Source: Sphaerodactylus townsendi
Lineage: Eukaryota
Direction: 5' to 3'
Assembly (NCBI RefSeq): GCF_021028975.2
Contig: NC_059430.1
Span: 110,546,001 to 110,610,000, forward strand
DNA: 64,000 bases
Both the position numbers and the translations under genes were made by a program. Below, one piece after another: positions 1 to 12,700 of this stretch. Numbering within the stretch: the stretch's first letter is position 1; every line of letters starts with the position of its first letter. The notes under the pieces are model-generated. The model was not told where the DNA came from, did not search any database, and was given only the letters and a program-made list of their open reading frames with translations.

Positions 1-1150
1 TCGGGTTGCACGTGGTTAATTAAAATGTTGCGTAAACACGCATCACACTGCTCATGTGGGGGTTGGCCAGTCAAAACCAGCTACGTAGGGGACAGCAAAG
101 GTGCATCCACAGAGTGTGTAACGGATGAGAACAGAACATGTCTTCTTGGTCCCTGATGCCTTTTTTCTCTGCACACTCTCCCAATATGCCCCCAACGTTT
201 TGTAAGCAAGAAACATTACATTGCCTCTTTAAATTTACACCGCGCTCTCTCATGGGGCCCACCACAACTCATACATTTCTCTGTTAACATCCTCCCCCTC
301 TGTTGCATTGGTGGTCTTCCCATCTTCATTGCACTTTCATGCTGCAGTCTCTGAATTTCACCATTACCCGGGTCTACAGTCCGCTTTGCCAGCTTCATTT
401 ACAATCTCTGTGGGCTCCTGGCAATCGTCGCACCTCCCGAGTAGAGGCTGCAGCAAGTTTAAAATTCAAGGCTTCAGTATGCCGTTTGAAAAGTCAAGTC
501 TGTCTTTGCCGGCCAGCAACTTTTGCAATGGTACCTCTGCCAGGCCACAAGACCAGACGATCCCTTAACATTTCAGCTGGAATTGGAGAAATTACATTGT
601 TATTATGGCAACCGCGGTAAGACTTTGCGGCATAATCTGCCTGGCTTTCAGTCCCCTCCACGATCACGTTTATAAAACACTTTCCGTCTAGCTATTATTA
701 TTTCTGACGGTTGGGGATAAAGGAAATGGTTCCTTAATGCAGTCAATTATTTCTACAAAGCGGTGTTGCTGATAAGTCTCTAGGCGCTATCAATTGCTGA
801 GGCGAGGTCAAACTACCCTTCACCACAGAAGGCTCAAAAACACGGCTCTTTTCGCTTTCTGGGTCATGATATGCCATTTGCCAGAAGATAAAATTCGAAT
901 AGGGCGCATAACAACGCGCTTCCAAGGAACCGCCAAATTAAAGCGTTCCAACTGCATGAAAGGCCATAATTTACTCGGTCACTTGCTTCACAAAACTTTG
1001 CTTTGAACTCGTCATGAGTTTATCGCAAGTGCGCCAATTATCGTATCTCCAAAGAGCCAGAAGTCGGGAGGGCAAAGACATAGTACTTTTATTCCTTAAC
1101 TGCTACTCACACATAGCCGTCGCTCTGCAGCTGTGCTCAATATAACACAC
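1..1150 (-). mobile_element. Degenerate Ty3/Gypsy LTR retrotransposon 5' part (LTR end/PBS-like TGGCG + gag)
   Basis: Frameshifted gag motifs on the minus strand: KRAVFLS, EMLRDRLV(C)GL, and zinc knuckle CMSCGGPHERARCKFKEA..C..GHIGRVCR. AATAAA (~1090) followed by TGGCG (~1037) resembles a U5/PBS junction. Confidence 0.8.
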
Positions 1151-1944
1151 TTACTAATTACCAATTACAGTGCAACAGCTGCAGACTCTTAAAACCATAC
1201 AATACATTACACTTATCAAGTTAATTATTATCCTGTGGTACCATTCCATTAGCATTCTATTTTGACACTGCAGCCGAGTTTTCTGACCTTTTCTCTCCCC
1301 CCACAGTGATGGAAGAATTTCCTCTGGTTTGGCAATGGTGGCTGGCGCTTGGTAAGGCTGGTTTTTTTTAATTATTTTAAACAAGGGCGCTCATCCAGGA
1401 CTTAAAGTGGTGGCACAACCACCACATATCAAAAGTCATCTTTATTCATTTGCATGGATAGTCAGGCCCCTCTTTTCACTCCAGGAGGAACCCAAAGCAG
1501 CTTAATATCAAAATTCTACATGACTTCATCCTTGTAACAACAATTGTATGAGGAAGATTACAGAGACTGGCCCAGAGTCATTCATGAAACTCCTATAGTA
1601 GTGCGGATATTCAAGCACAGGTCTGCCAGAGTCTAACCTCACACTCTAACCACAATATAGCATCACTTTTACTGATTTTTAATTATTAAAACATACACTA
1701 CACCTTCCCAGAAACCATACAACGCGATTCTGATAAATATTTGTAATGTACTCAAAATACTTTGTAGCGTTGTATTACTGAAAGCCTATTGTCTACATAA
1801 TTTTACATCACTAAAAATACTACAACCGAAACATCTCCAGTGGCAGGGCAACAAAAGAATTTGAACCAAATTAGAACAAACTGAAGGTTTGAATCTTTAC
1901 TTGGGAGTGCATTGTATGATTTATTGCTGATTGATAATCAGTAA

Positions 1945-2214
1945 GGTTATACCTTTTTAGTAAATAGGCTGTGAATAACGAATAGCTAGAAATATCTTAA
2001 TCCTGCCTTTTAAGTGTAGTTGTACTATATCTGTTCACAATTCCGTGTACAATGGAATGGTCAAATTTTTTAAATCTATATTATATTTTTATAAATGAAG
2101 TGAGATCTTAGAATGTAAAATTACTCATAGACGGCATGTACAACTCTTTTAAATTTAATAACGGTCTATATTCACGCTTGTATACCTTATGCTAATAAAG
2201 GTCTATTGTGATTG
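1945..2214 (+). mobile_element. 5'-truncated LINE 3' end (RTE-X-like) with 13-bp TSD
   Basis: Direct repeat TGATAATCAGTAA at 1932-1944 and 2215-2227; AATAAA followed by an (ATTGTG)n tail. Confidence 0.65.
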
Positions 2215-3253
2215 TGATAATCAGTAATTACCTGGTGTGAGGTTTTAGCGGGTTGAGTGTCAAGATAGTAGTGGGGTACAGATCCAAGATTAGCTCACTG
2301 GCCTTAAAGCAGTTGTTTTAAGTCAGCCTTGCAGGGCGGTTGAGAGGACACCGTGGGTGAGAACGGGTAAGCTATGCAAGCTTTCAAGAAATAAGTTACA
2401 ACAAATAAAACAAACTGAGCTGACACCCTCCCTCCCATAGAAGAGGGACATGTGCGTCTTCAAAAATGCAGACCTTTGAGTCTCTGTGGCATGAAACACA
2501 CTTTGCAGTTTTTTCCCTAAAAGACTGCACCAAATAAGGGTTGGGAAAGGTCACAGCAAAGCAGGGGAAAATACAAAGAATGGACTGGGGGGGGGGTGGG
2601 GGTGGCGGTGACATCGTGCCATTCCAGGGAGGAGGGAGACGCACAATCAGCCCGCTCTGGGGTAGACATGAAACCGCAGCAGAACCTTAGATTGGACATG
2701 GCCAAGTTAGACAACTGGTTTTAAGCACTGGTTTTCCTTTGTCTCCTTCAGCCACTGGCCTCTTCCTCATGATTTGCAATGGAGAGCTCATCACCTATTT
2801 GGCATACTCGGATTACGACAGCCGTGGCAGGGACATTCTTTTTTAAAAGCTCTCGTTCTTTGTCAAGAAAAAGATCAGAGTGCGTCAGACTCCTTTATTT
2901 GAATTGGCAGAAAGGAGCTGCTGCACCTTTGAAAACAGAAAGAACGCTGGTTGAAGAGGGCAGACATGACAGGCCAGGCCAATGGTCAAGTGCAGTCCTG
3001 CATCTTTTCTACAGTGGCTATCATGGGTCTTTGGGGAGCTCAAAAGCAGTGCGTGAAGGACAAAGCCTCTCCCCACTGCTGCCCTTGCACAACTGATACA
3101 CTGCCTCTGAACATGGAGGATCCATTTAGAATTATGATTAACAGCCTTAGATGGTCCAATCCTACCTGATTTTCTCAAAATCTCCTTTCAAAGCTGTCTG
3201 AGCTTTGGGTGTGACTACAAACACACACACACTATTACTTGGATGGCCCAGAC

Positions 3254-3545
3254 CCAGCGTGGTGTAGTGGTTAAGAGCAGTGGACTCTAATCTGGAGAAC
3301 CGTGTTTGATTCCCCCAGTCCTCCATATGAGCGGCAGACTCTTATCTGGTGAACTGGATTTGTTTCCCCACTCCTACATTCCTGCTGGGTGACCCTGGAC
3401 AGTCACAGTTCTCTCAGAACTCTCTCAGCCACACCTGCTTCACAAGGTGTCTGTTGTGGGGAGAGGAAGGGAAAGAAGTTTGTAAGCCCCTTTGACTCTC
3501 CTTACAGGAGTGGAAGGCGGGATATAAATGCAAACGCTACTTCTT
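3254..3545 (+). mobile_element. tRNA-derived CORE-type squamate SINE (Squam3-like)
   Basis: A-box GTGGTGTAGTGGTTAAGAGC head and body shared with more than 10 other copies in the window. Confidence 0.8.
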
Positions 3546-4837
3546 GATCCTGTGAGGTATCAGAAGCTAAGCAGTGTCAGCCCTCAGTGTCAGCCACCAA
3601 AAAGAGCCAGCAGCAGAGGCAGGCAATGGCAAACCACCTCTGAACGTCTGTTGCGTTGACAACCTGAAGTTGGTTGCGACTTGACCAGCACTTTCTACCA
3701 CCAACCCCAACGGAAGGTGAACCCCAGTGAACAAAGTGGGATGGAATTCCGATGGGAATGCATGGACAGAAAACCTTGAAGCAAGGAATTCTATTCGTTG
3801 TTTAAGCTCTCGGGAAGAATCTCCACATTCTCAAAGCCCAGGCAGCACGCATCTTCACCACTGTAGAAGACTGACAAAAAATTCAATGCAAAACACCCCC
3901 CACCACCCCAAGAGGTGAGCTAATATTTATACACAAAAGGCAGAAATTCTTTTCTTTGTGACCAAGCGTGCCAAGATTCTCTGTTGGTGCGAAATCTTGC
4001 CTTTCTCGTTCCAATGGATGCAGGACCGATCACCATAATCAATCTATGCCCCAGCTGAATGGCAGCCTGACAATTTCGCACTTCATTTGGGCACACGCTA
4101 AGAAAGCCTACACTGTGGCCAAGCCTGAGTGCGCCAAATTACTACAAACAATACTCTGTGTGTGTGTGTGGGGGGACCCTAGAGGTGGCTGCCCGGTTGC
4201 CCAATGTGACTGGACCAGTTTAAAAAAGCTGCTGATCTCACTGCAGAGCCTGGAGTAGAAATCCCATCGAGGACGGGTAAAGCTGGAGGCAAAATTAACG
4301 GCGGGGCCAATAACGGACATTTCGTAAGGGATCGCGGAGTTGCTGCATCAAAAGGTTTGCGATCAAATGTAGTTTTACTTGTTTCTCGAGTTACAACTGT
4401 CTCGACAGAAATGGTTCAAAGCTGTCCTTTCCTACGTGCTGCGATACAGCTGTGGAGGAGACCACTGAAAGACTGCTGGCTGCAACCGGCCCGTTGGCTC
4501 ATATGGTCCCAGACGTCAATAAAGTAAAGTTTCCCCTTCAGTCGTGTTCAACCCTGGGGTACCACTGCAAGCAGTGATTTTATAGGCAAGCTGTTTTTGT
4601 GGGGTAGTTTGCCATTGCTTCCCCCGCCCAGACTTCAACAGCGGGGGATAAATTACTGGTAGGTCCAGTGCTTGCTGAGATGGACATGGCCCTCTGGCTT
4701 TGAATGGCCTCTCTCCAACAGGCTATTACAGAGGCGTATCTAGGGGAATGTAGCCCAGTGCAAAATCTGAAACACCCCTCCACCCCAAAAAATGGGCGAA
4801 CTTCTTCTTCGACTGTAGCCAGGAACTTCGTAAATCT

Positions 4838-5152
4838 GGAGTGGCGTTGGAGGTTACGACCGCGATGAAGAACTAAGAGATGGCGGGCGACGCTTTAATC
4901 CCAGCTCTGCCACCGGAACTGTGGAGGCTTTTCGCAGGGGTATGAAGAGGAGCCTGCGATAAAGCAACGGCACACGCGAACCATGCGGAAGCTTGGGCCA
5001 GACACAGCTTCTCGGAGCTCTCTCAGCCCCACCTACCTCACAGGGTGTTTGTTGTGGGAGGCGAAGGACAAGGAGACCGTAAGCACTGCTTTGAAGGCGG
5101 CTTCAGGAGACAAAGCGGAACGCTGGCGCCAAACTCTTCTTCTTCTTCTTCC
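4838..5152 (+). mobile_element. Squam3-like SINE, patchily garbled copy
   Basis: Blocks identical to the reverse complement of the 54113-54412 copy; (CTT)n tail. Confidence 0.75.
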
Positions 5153-5893
5153 TTTGCACCAGGTCATCACAGAGTAACCATCACATTCCTGGAGGAAATG
5201 AGGAGGGGTGTGGAGGGCAATTTTCCGCCCCCCCAAGTGACTAAATGGCCGCAGCCCATGGACATTTAACCCCATATGTCCCCCTGCATGGTACACCCAT
5301 GGGCTAATACTATGCATGTAATAGTGATAGAGAACCTATGACACATGTGACACGCCATGACATTTTGGGTGACATGCCAATGTTTGCCAGCTCTCGACAA
5401 TAACTGCTCTCCCTGTTTGAGCCATTTGTCTAATTATTTGACTTCCTTTATATCATACACAGCATCAAACATGAATGGATTGTATTTTTTAAAAAAATAA
5501 ATGAATATATAATGAACTGTTTCTCTTTTGTTCGGCGCGGCGGCGACGATTGACGGGACAAAGCAATCAACGGGGATTTTCGGAAGGACGGATACCGCCG
5601 AATTACAACAAATCCAAAAGGTTCCCTATCCACTGCATTAGAAGGTAAAGCCAACAAGAGGATCAACCCCCCCCCCCCCCGTTTATATTTGTATAGCGCT
5701 TTTGCAAGCCAATCTTGTGTCTCTCACCTGTCGAATTGTAAGCATGTTGCTATATCGAGGCAAGCTAGAAGTACACTGAAGATGAGGGAAAGGCTCAAAA
5801 GTGAATATCTGTTTTGAGGCAGCAATGTAATTGGAGCGAGCCGACAGAATTTTTCAGACATAGGAATGAGATGTTTTTCATAGTGTGCATCCT

Positions 5894-5899
5894 TTTATT
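5894..5899 (-). terminator. Probable MECR polyadenylation signal (AATAAA), implying a 3'UTR of ~0.68 kb
   Basis: First AATAAA I see on the minus strand downstream of the stop codon. Confidence 0.55.
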
Positions 5900-6555
5900 G
5901 TAGAAAACTGCCCTGAGCTGAACGGGCAAAGAGAAGGAGCTTTTGTAAGCCACCGCTGCTGATTTTATCATCTAGAAATTTAAAAAGCTGTTCGAAGAGG
6001 GAGAATGCTTGCATGCTGCATTTCAGAATACCCAAGCCCCCAAAAGCAGAAACAGGCTCTTGAACTTGGGTCAACTGGGCTATGCTGGACAATAGTTTGC
6101 TGCAAGGGGAAAGAATGTGCTCTGAGTTAGAGAACTGGTGACGTGTGAGAGACACTATACACAGCCCTATAGGACAGGCTCATAAAAATATTTGGAACGT
6201 TGTGCTCTGATTCTGTACACACAGCCATATTTGTGTATGGTTATCCCCATCCAGCTGTCCTGATACCCGGTCCAAAACAGAAGGCAGGTTTTTCAGATTT
6301 CTGTTCTGCCATGAAACCAATGACCGTTCCCTACTTGCGCAAACACAGAGCCTTTGCCTCCAGTACCTTAGCGGTTGTTGCAATCTTGGTTATACATTCG
6401 CAGCCTGCAATTAGGGCCATTTGCTCTTTTAAGCCCTCCAGCTGTGAGACGTAGCAGGAACGGCAGAAATCCAAACCCTTGCGGTCTTCAGAGGCAGTCG
6501 GAGCCAGCTGGGAGAGAACTTCCACCCGAACCTACCACAGACGACTTAGTCAGCT

Positions 6556-6719
6556 TCACAGGAGGAGGATCTGCTTTGCTGATATATACGGTGTCATGGC
6601 TGCCGTCAAAGCTGATTGGTAATCTGCCAGCGGGACCTCTTGGCAGGCTGGAGCAGAGAGCTGGCCCTTCCGGATGAGGGTGCACAAGTCGGCGATCATC
6701 CTGTCCAGCTCCTCCTTGT
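6556..6719 (-). CDS. MECR: MECR exon 10 coding part ([53 protein letters not shown])
   Basis: cttctgacttacag| acceptor; TGA at 6556-6558; matches the MECR C-terminus. Confidence 0.98.
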
Positions 6720-9700
6720 CTGTAAGTCAGAAGCGAAGAATGGCATGACTGAGCCAATCTTAGGCCCCTTCCGCACACGCAAAATAATGCGTTTTCAAAC
6801 CACTTCCACAACTGTTTGCAAGTGGATTTTGCTATTCCGCACAGCTTCAAAGAGCACTGAAAGCAGTTTGAAAGTGCATTATTCTGCATGTGCGGAATGA
6901 GCCTTAGATTTAGGCAGCCTTGATACCGGGAGGGAGTAGAGCATGACAAAATTGGTTTTAGCAGCCTAGGACCGACACGCAAGCAATGCAGACAAGTTCA
7001 GTTACTGGGTGCTGAATCAGAAGGACCAAACTCCAATGCATTTCAACTTGGCTCATTTAAGTGCTATTCAGGGGATGCCGTGAAAAATAAATTGCCGCAG
7101 TGTTAAGAGGGCAGAGCTAGGGGAATGGAACAACCCGCGCGGTATGCACCAGCCGTGACACAACTGGCTCCAAGCTAAACGCAGCCAGAGAAGTGATATG
7201 AAGCTTTTGTTACCAATGCACACCGCTTGGCACTATAGAAAAATCTTCACAGAGAACAGGAAACAAACAGGAGCTGAAGCCAGGCTCCAAACCCCCAGTT
7301 TTGGTAAGGACCGAGAAGGAATACTTTTCTAACTGTGGTGAAATGTATTCCGCTTTCGGCTACACTACATTGTTGGGGACTTACAAAAATCCCTCATATT
7401 GTTGAAGGCTTTCATGGCCAGAATCACTAGGGTATTGTGGGTTTTCCGGGTTGTATGGCCGTGTTCCAGTAGCATTTTCTCCTGACGTTTTGCCTGCATC
7501 TGTGGCTGGCATCTTTAGAGGATCCTCTGAAGATGCCAGCCACAGACACAGGTGAAACGTCAGGAGAAAATGCTACTGTGTTTCCCTGAAAATAAGCCCT
7601 ATCCCGAAAATAAGACCTATCATGATTTTTCAGGATTTTTGGAGGAGGCTTAAAATATAAGCCTTACTCCAAAAATAAGCCCTACCGGTGGTTACAGATC
7701 AGGATGGTGTGATCCAGCAGGGTGCTCCCTGCCAATGAGGATGCAGCTTGCATCACACGTGACAAGGAAGCAACGGGGCTGCTGAGAGCCCGCCTTAATG
7801 AATTGCGAAGGTGCAGTATTTCCTATAAAATAACCCCTACCCTGAAAATAAGCCCTAATGCATCTTTTGGTGCAAAAATTAAGACCCTGTCTTATTTTTG
7901 GGGAAACACCGTACTGGAACATGGCCATACAACCCGGAAAACCCATAACACCCTACTAAACTCCATATTCATCCTAAGTCTCTTTCCTGATACACAACAA
8001 GAAACAGGGGAGTGGTTAACTGCAAGGGGGTGGGCAGACACAGGACTTAAAATCCTCTGGGCATGAGGGGAACAGGGTGAGTTTTGTGTGACTTAATCTG
8101 GGATAACTTGGAGGCAGGAGTTCCCACATCTGGACTACAGGATGATGTCTGCCATTACTACACAGAGTCAAAAAGGGCAGGAAAGACTCAGGGTTATGGG
8201 TGACTGACCGAACAATGTAACACTGAGATGTAGATTTTAAAAAATCAACCTCCTGTTTTTCCAACAAGCCTTCTAGGTGCTCTGGCACCAATAAGATACC
8301 CTCCTGAAGTGCTGGGATCATCAAAAAGCACCCAGTTACTCACATCATTTCAAAGCATTGCTGCGTTGGTCTGCAGCAAAAGAGCAAGATTCAAGACCAG
8401 TAAGACTGTAGAGACTAGCAGGATTTTTAGGATATAAGTGTTCAAAGTGTCCCATCTCAGATATCTTCATCTGACAAAGATAACTTGGACTCTAATAAGC
8501 TTCTATCCTGGAAATCTTGTTGGTCTCTGAGGACATAGCTGCACTCGAATCTAGCTCAACTACTGAATCTGAGCATCAGTAGGAACCTCAGTAGAAGTGA
8601 TGCCTTGAAATCTGACTGTTTTCGTAGACAGTTTTGAAAGCAGCTTTGCACAGCCTCTTTCAAGGTGCCCTTAATGAGCCCAACAACACATACCACCACT
8701 TACTCTGGGCATTGTCTCTTTTCCACTGAGTCATCCAAAACCCACGGAGCTTTACATCCTTAAAAATCAAGGCACTCTGCAGAAGCAAGCAGGAGAAATG
8801 AAGTTTATTGAAGTATTGTAACAGAGTTTTGTATAGTTAGTGCAGGAAGAAATGGTAGCTTGCAATGACTGTGCTGATGGTGAAATGTAATAGGAATGAA
8901 TTTGTGTAAATCAAGAGCCAGTGTTAGATAGCAGTTAATATGTCCAACTAGTAGCAGGGAGACCTGAGTTTATGACATCAAAGATCCCATGAAGCTCCCT
9001 TAGTGACCTGGGGGAAGTCACTATCAGCCTATCCTAGCTTACCTCACAAGGGTCTTATGACAATAAAGTAGGGTAAGACTGAACCGCACCTACTGGCCTT
9101 CTTTCCTTAGAAGAGGAAGAAGACGGAGGGGGAGGAAGACAAAGCCCAAGGAAGATAGGGGAGGAGAACTGGGTTTTATACCCTACTTTTCTCAAAAAAG
9201 GTTTCAATTGCCTTCTCTTCTCTCCCCCAACTCTTCCCCACAACAGGCACCTTGTGAAGTAAATGGGGCTGGGAGAGTTCTGAGAGAACTGTGAATAGTC
9301 CAAGGTCACCCAACAGGGAGCATATGAGGGAATAGGGAAGCAAACCTGGTTCTCCAGATTAGAGTGGCTAGGAAGTGGAAAAATTTTGATTTAATTTAAC
9401 TGACACCCTCCCATGCACACCAACGGGAGTCCCAAAGCAGTTTACAACATCCCTTCATTTTATCCTCACAGTTACTCTGTGAGGTAGGTTAAATTAAGAA
9501 TCTGTGGCTGACTCAAGGTCATCCAGTGGACTTCCATGCAGAAAGGAGATTCAAATCTGAGTCCCTCAGATCCTGTTCTGACACTTTAACCAATAAAGAA
9601 ACCAACCGATGGATCGATGACATGCAAAATAAAATTTAAAATAAAACAATGCAATCAGAAATCTCACACCTACTCACCACGGGGATTGTGACAGGCTGTT

Positions 9701-12700
9701 TTGACATCCCGCCGTAGGTAACCATAGTGCCTTTATGCCTGTTGGTGGAGTCAGCTATGAGATTAGGAAGCAAAAACCAGAAGGAAAGTAGGAACCAGAA
9801 GGACTTAGCTTAGCTCCTGAGGAAAAGATGGGAGCTGGATATTGGTGTGGGGTGCAGCACCATTATAGGCAGCTACATCCGTGCAGGATTTATTTTATTT
9901 TTTAAACATTGTGGTAAGGTCTAAAGTCTTTGGGAGTTTGTACCTTTTCGCTTTATGACGCGGAACGTGCGGGCGCCGGAAAGCTGGCAGGCACTGAGGG
10001 ATAACGCTTCGAACCGGGCGGATCTTACTACGGAAAGACAGCACAGCGAGGGGCGTAGACTGGAATATCCCCGCTCCGTTCGAAAAAGAGGCCTCTAGCA
10101 AGCGAAATACAAGCCGTCCAACTTACTGCAGATGGCGCAGCAGCTCGGTGGCGCTTTTCCCTCCCACTCCATTTAGCGCCAAGAGGGGCTTTGGGATTTT
10201 CTGGAGAAAGAGAAAAAAAAAACGGTGTTTACCGAGAACGGTGTTACTTTTCGCACTCCTGTTCCCAAAGATTCTGATGAAGAGAAAAGAATTAACAATG
10301 TTGTGCTGAAGTGGCTGACTGGGCATATGGGGCAAACAGCGCTTTAAAGTTGCTAAGTAGTGGGCCGGGATTGGGACTGTTCTGGGAAAAGGAGTTTTTA
10401 GCGTAGGAATAATACTTTTTCCTAGACGGGATCGTTTCTGGAGATTTGCAGCAGGAAAAAGAACGCCCTTTTAAGGAATATGAATTACGATATTTCTACC
10501 AGCGCAACAAATGTCAGTAAAGTTCCCAACTTCCGGGGCCAGGATTCCTGCAATCTCTAATGGAGATTCTCACCCTCAATACTGACACATTTTGCTTGGC
10601 ACAGAAGATTAACCAAGGGAGGATTCATGCGCTAACTGATTTCGCGCTGACTACATTACGATAAATAAATAATGCAAAACTCCGCTGCGAGATGAATTGT
10701 TTTCCAGGAGGAGAGATCTACTGCTGATTATTAGGCGGGATGGCTGAATGGCAGGGCGGCTTAGACCTCCCTGCCCTGCCTGTATGCCCGTGAGCACTAC
10801 TGCTGATTATTAGGCGGGATGGCTGAATGGCAGGGCGGCTTAGACCTCCCTGCCCTGCCACCATATGATTTTTTTTTTTTGATTGTTGAAGCGGGATTTT
10901 AACGTTGACGAAGGACGACTTAGATTTTACTGCCCTGCCTGTATGCCCGTGAGCACCAGGTTAAATTTTCATAAGGACGAAGACGCATCTAACGTTTGAT
11001 CCAGCAGAGCTCATCTTATATGGGAACCGTGAGTCAGATTGACAGTATATAAGAAGTTAATCCTTGTTTCCAATGGAACCTAGAAATTACCGAAATACAT
11101 CTGTCTCATCACTGGTTACTCCACAGTGTCTTGCATACACGTTGAAGAATGTACTTTCAATCCACTTTGCAACTGGATTTCACTGTGTGAAATAGGAAAA
11201 TCCATTCGCAAAAAAGTGAACTGAAAGTACATTATTCAGGATGTGTGAAAGCGCCCACAGCCAGTTGCTGAATACTTGATGATCTGATATGTTGAGTCAA
11301 TCTCAAACTTGATTTATGATTCCCAAACGAACTGGATTTAGGATAAATACCTGAAACAAATCTTTTGCTTCTGGCTTCCTTAACGCCTCTTCTGTGATGA
11401 CATGATCAGCTCCAAGGGATTTCAATCTGTCTACAAGCTCCTGGAGGTTGGGTCTGGACAGGAAGGACAAATAAAATGGATCCAGCTGGAGTTAACCTTT
11501 GTTGTTTACCATGCCAAACTGCACAGAAGGAAAGGGGAAGTATTTCATTGGCTGGTGACTGTATTGTTGCCAGAATTCTTGTGTATACGCCAATGAAACT
11601 TCAATGGTGTTTTTCTAAATACCACCACTTTGGTCTTAGTGTGGTTTGTATTAAGGGACTCTTCGTTACTATAATTGTCTAATTTATGCAATAACCTTTT
11701 TAGGCCTGTAAGAAATTAAAACCATGTCACCTGCATATAAGAGGACAGAAATGTTCTGGGATCCTACTGAAGGAGGGAAACTCTGGGCTGGAAAACCTTG
11801 GGACAATGTCATTTAAATACAAGTTAAAAAGCTGGCGGGGGGGGGGGGGGGGGGGACACACAGCTCTGTTTTTCCCCTACCCCTTGCCAAGGATTAGAAC
11901 AGTGGTTCTCAACCTTCCTAATGCTGAGACCCTTTAATACAGTTCCTCATGTTGTGGTGACCCCCAACCCTAACATTTATCCATTTTACAGATGGAGAAC
12001 ACTGATGTAGAGAGTCTTAGGCGACCCCTGTGAAAGGGTCATTGGACCCCCAAAGGGGTCGCGACCCCCAGGTTGAGAACCACTGGATTAGAATATCCTC
12101 AGTTAGGGAATCTGAAGTACCAACCCTACTTTGGCATAAACAGCAATGTGCAGCTCCCATATAAGAAATAACAAATGTTCTAGCTAGCTTCATCCAGAGA
12201 CTGCTTCTATCAATAGAATCAAAAGTTGCTGCCAAATCTACAAAGGCCACATATACAGCTTTTGTAGGCCCTTTGATACTCTGAAAGGCTAGCTCAGTGG
12301 TGGCGAACCTTTGGCACTCCAGATGTTTTTGGACTACAATTCCCATCAGCCCCTGCCAGCATGGCCAATTTAGCCCAATGGCGGCGTGCCCTGGAATTAT
12401 GGAATTACTTCCTAACGATGTAATATTTGGCAGTGGTCAATGGTACTTTGCCCCTTTCTAAAGCCAGTTTGATGTGGATGGATAACATTGTTAGAGACAT
12501 ACCAATCCTCTAACTTAAGTAAAAGGTGTTTGATGTATAATCTAGAACAGGGGTCTGCAACCTGTGGCTCTCCAGATGTTCATGGACTACAATTCCCATC
12601 AGCCCCTGGTTGCAGACCTCTGATCTAGAAGCAATATTCAGTATATAATTCTGAGGATAATTCTGATTTGTTTCCCTTCTTAAAGGCAGGAATCATAATG

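Larger units (their letters stand above)
7398..7954. mobile_element. Palindromic Penelope-like (PLE) non-autonomous element with hammerhead motifs, interrupted by a Tc2-type MITE
   Basis: Inverted arms centred on AGAGGATCCTCT (7517-7528); CTGAAGA-TGCC...GGT-GAAACGTC motif; same ends as the copies at 16503 and 39358. Confidence 0.85.

Noticed and set aside
2730-2850. Plus-strand acceptor (ttttcctttgtctccttcag) as an exon of another gene
   Set aside because: All three frames stop within ~35 codons and no known protein is recognisable.
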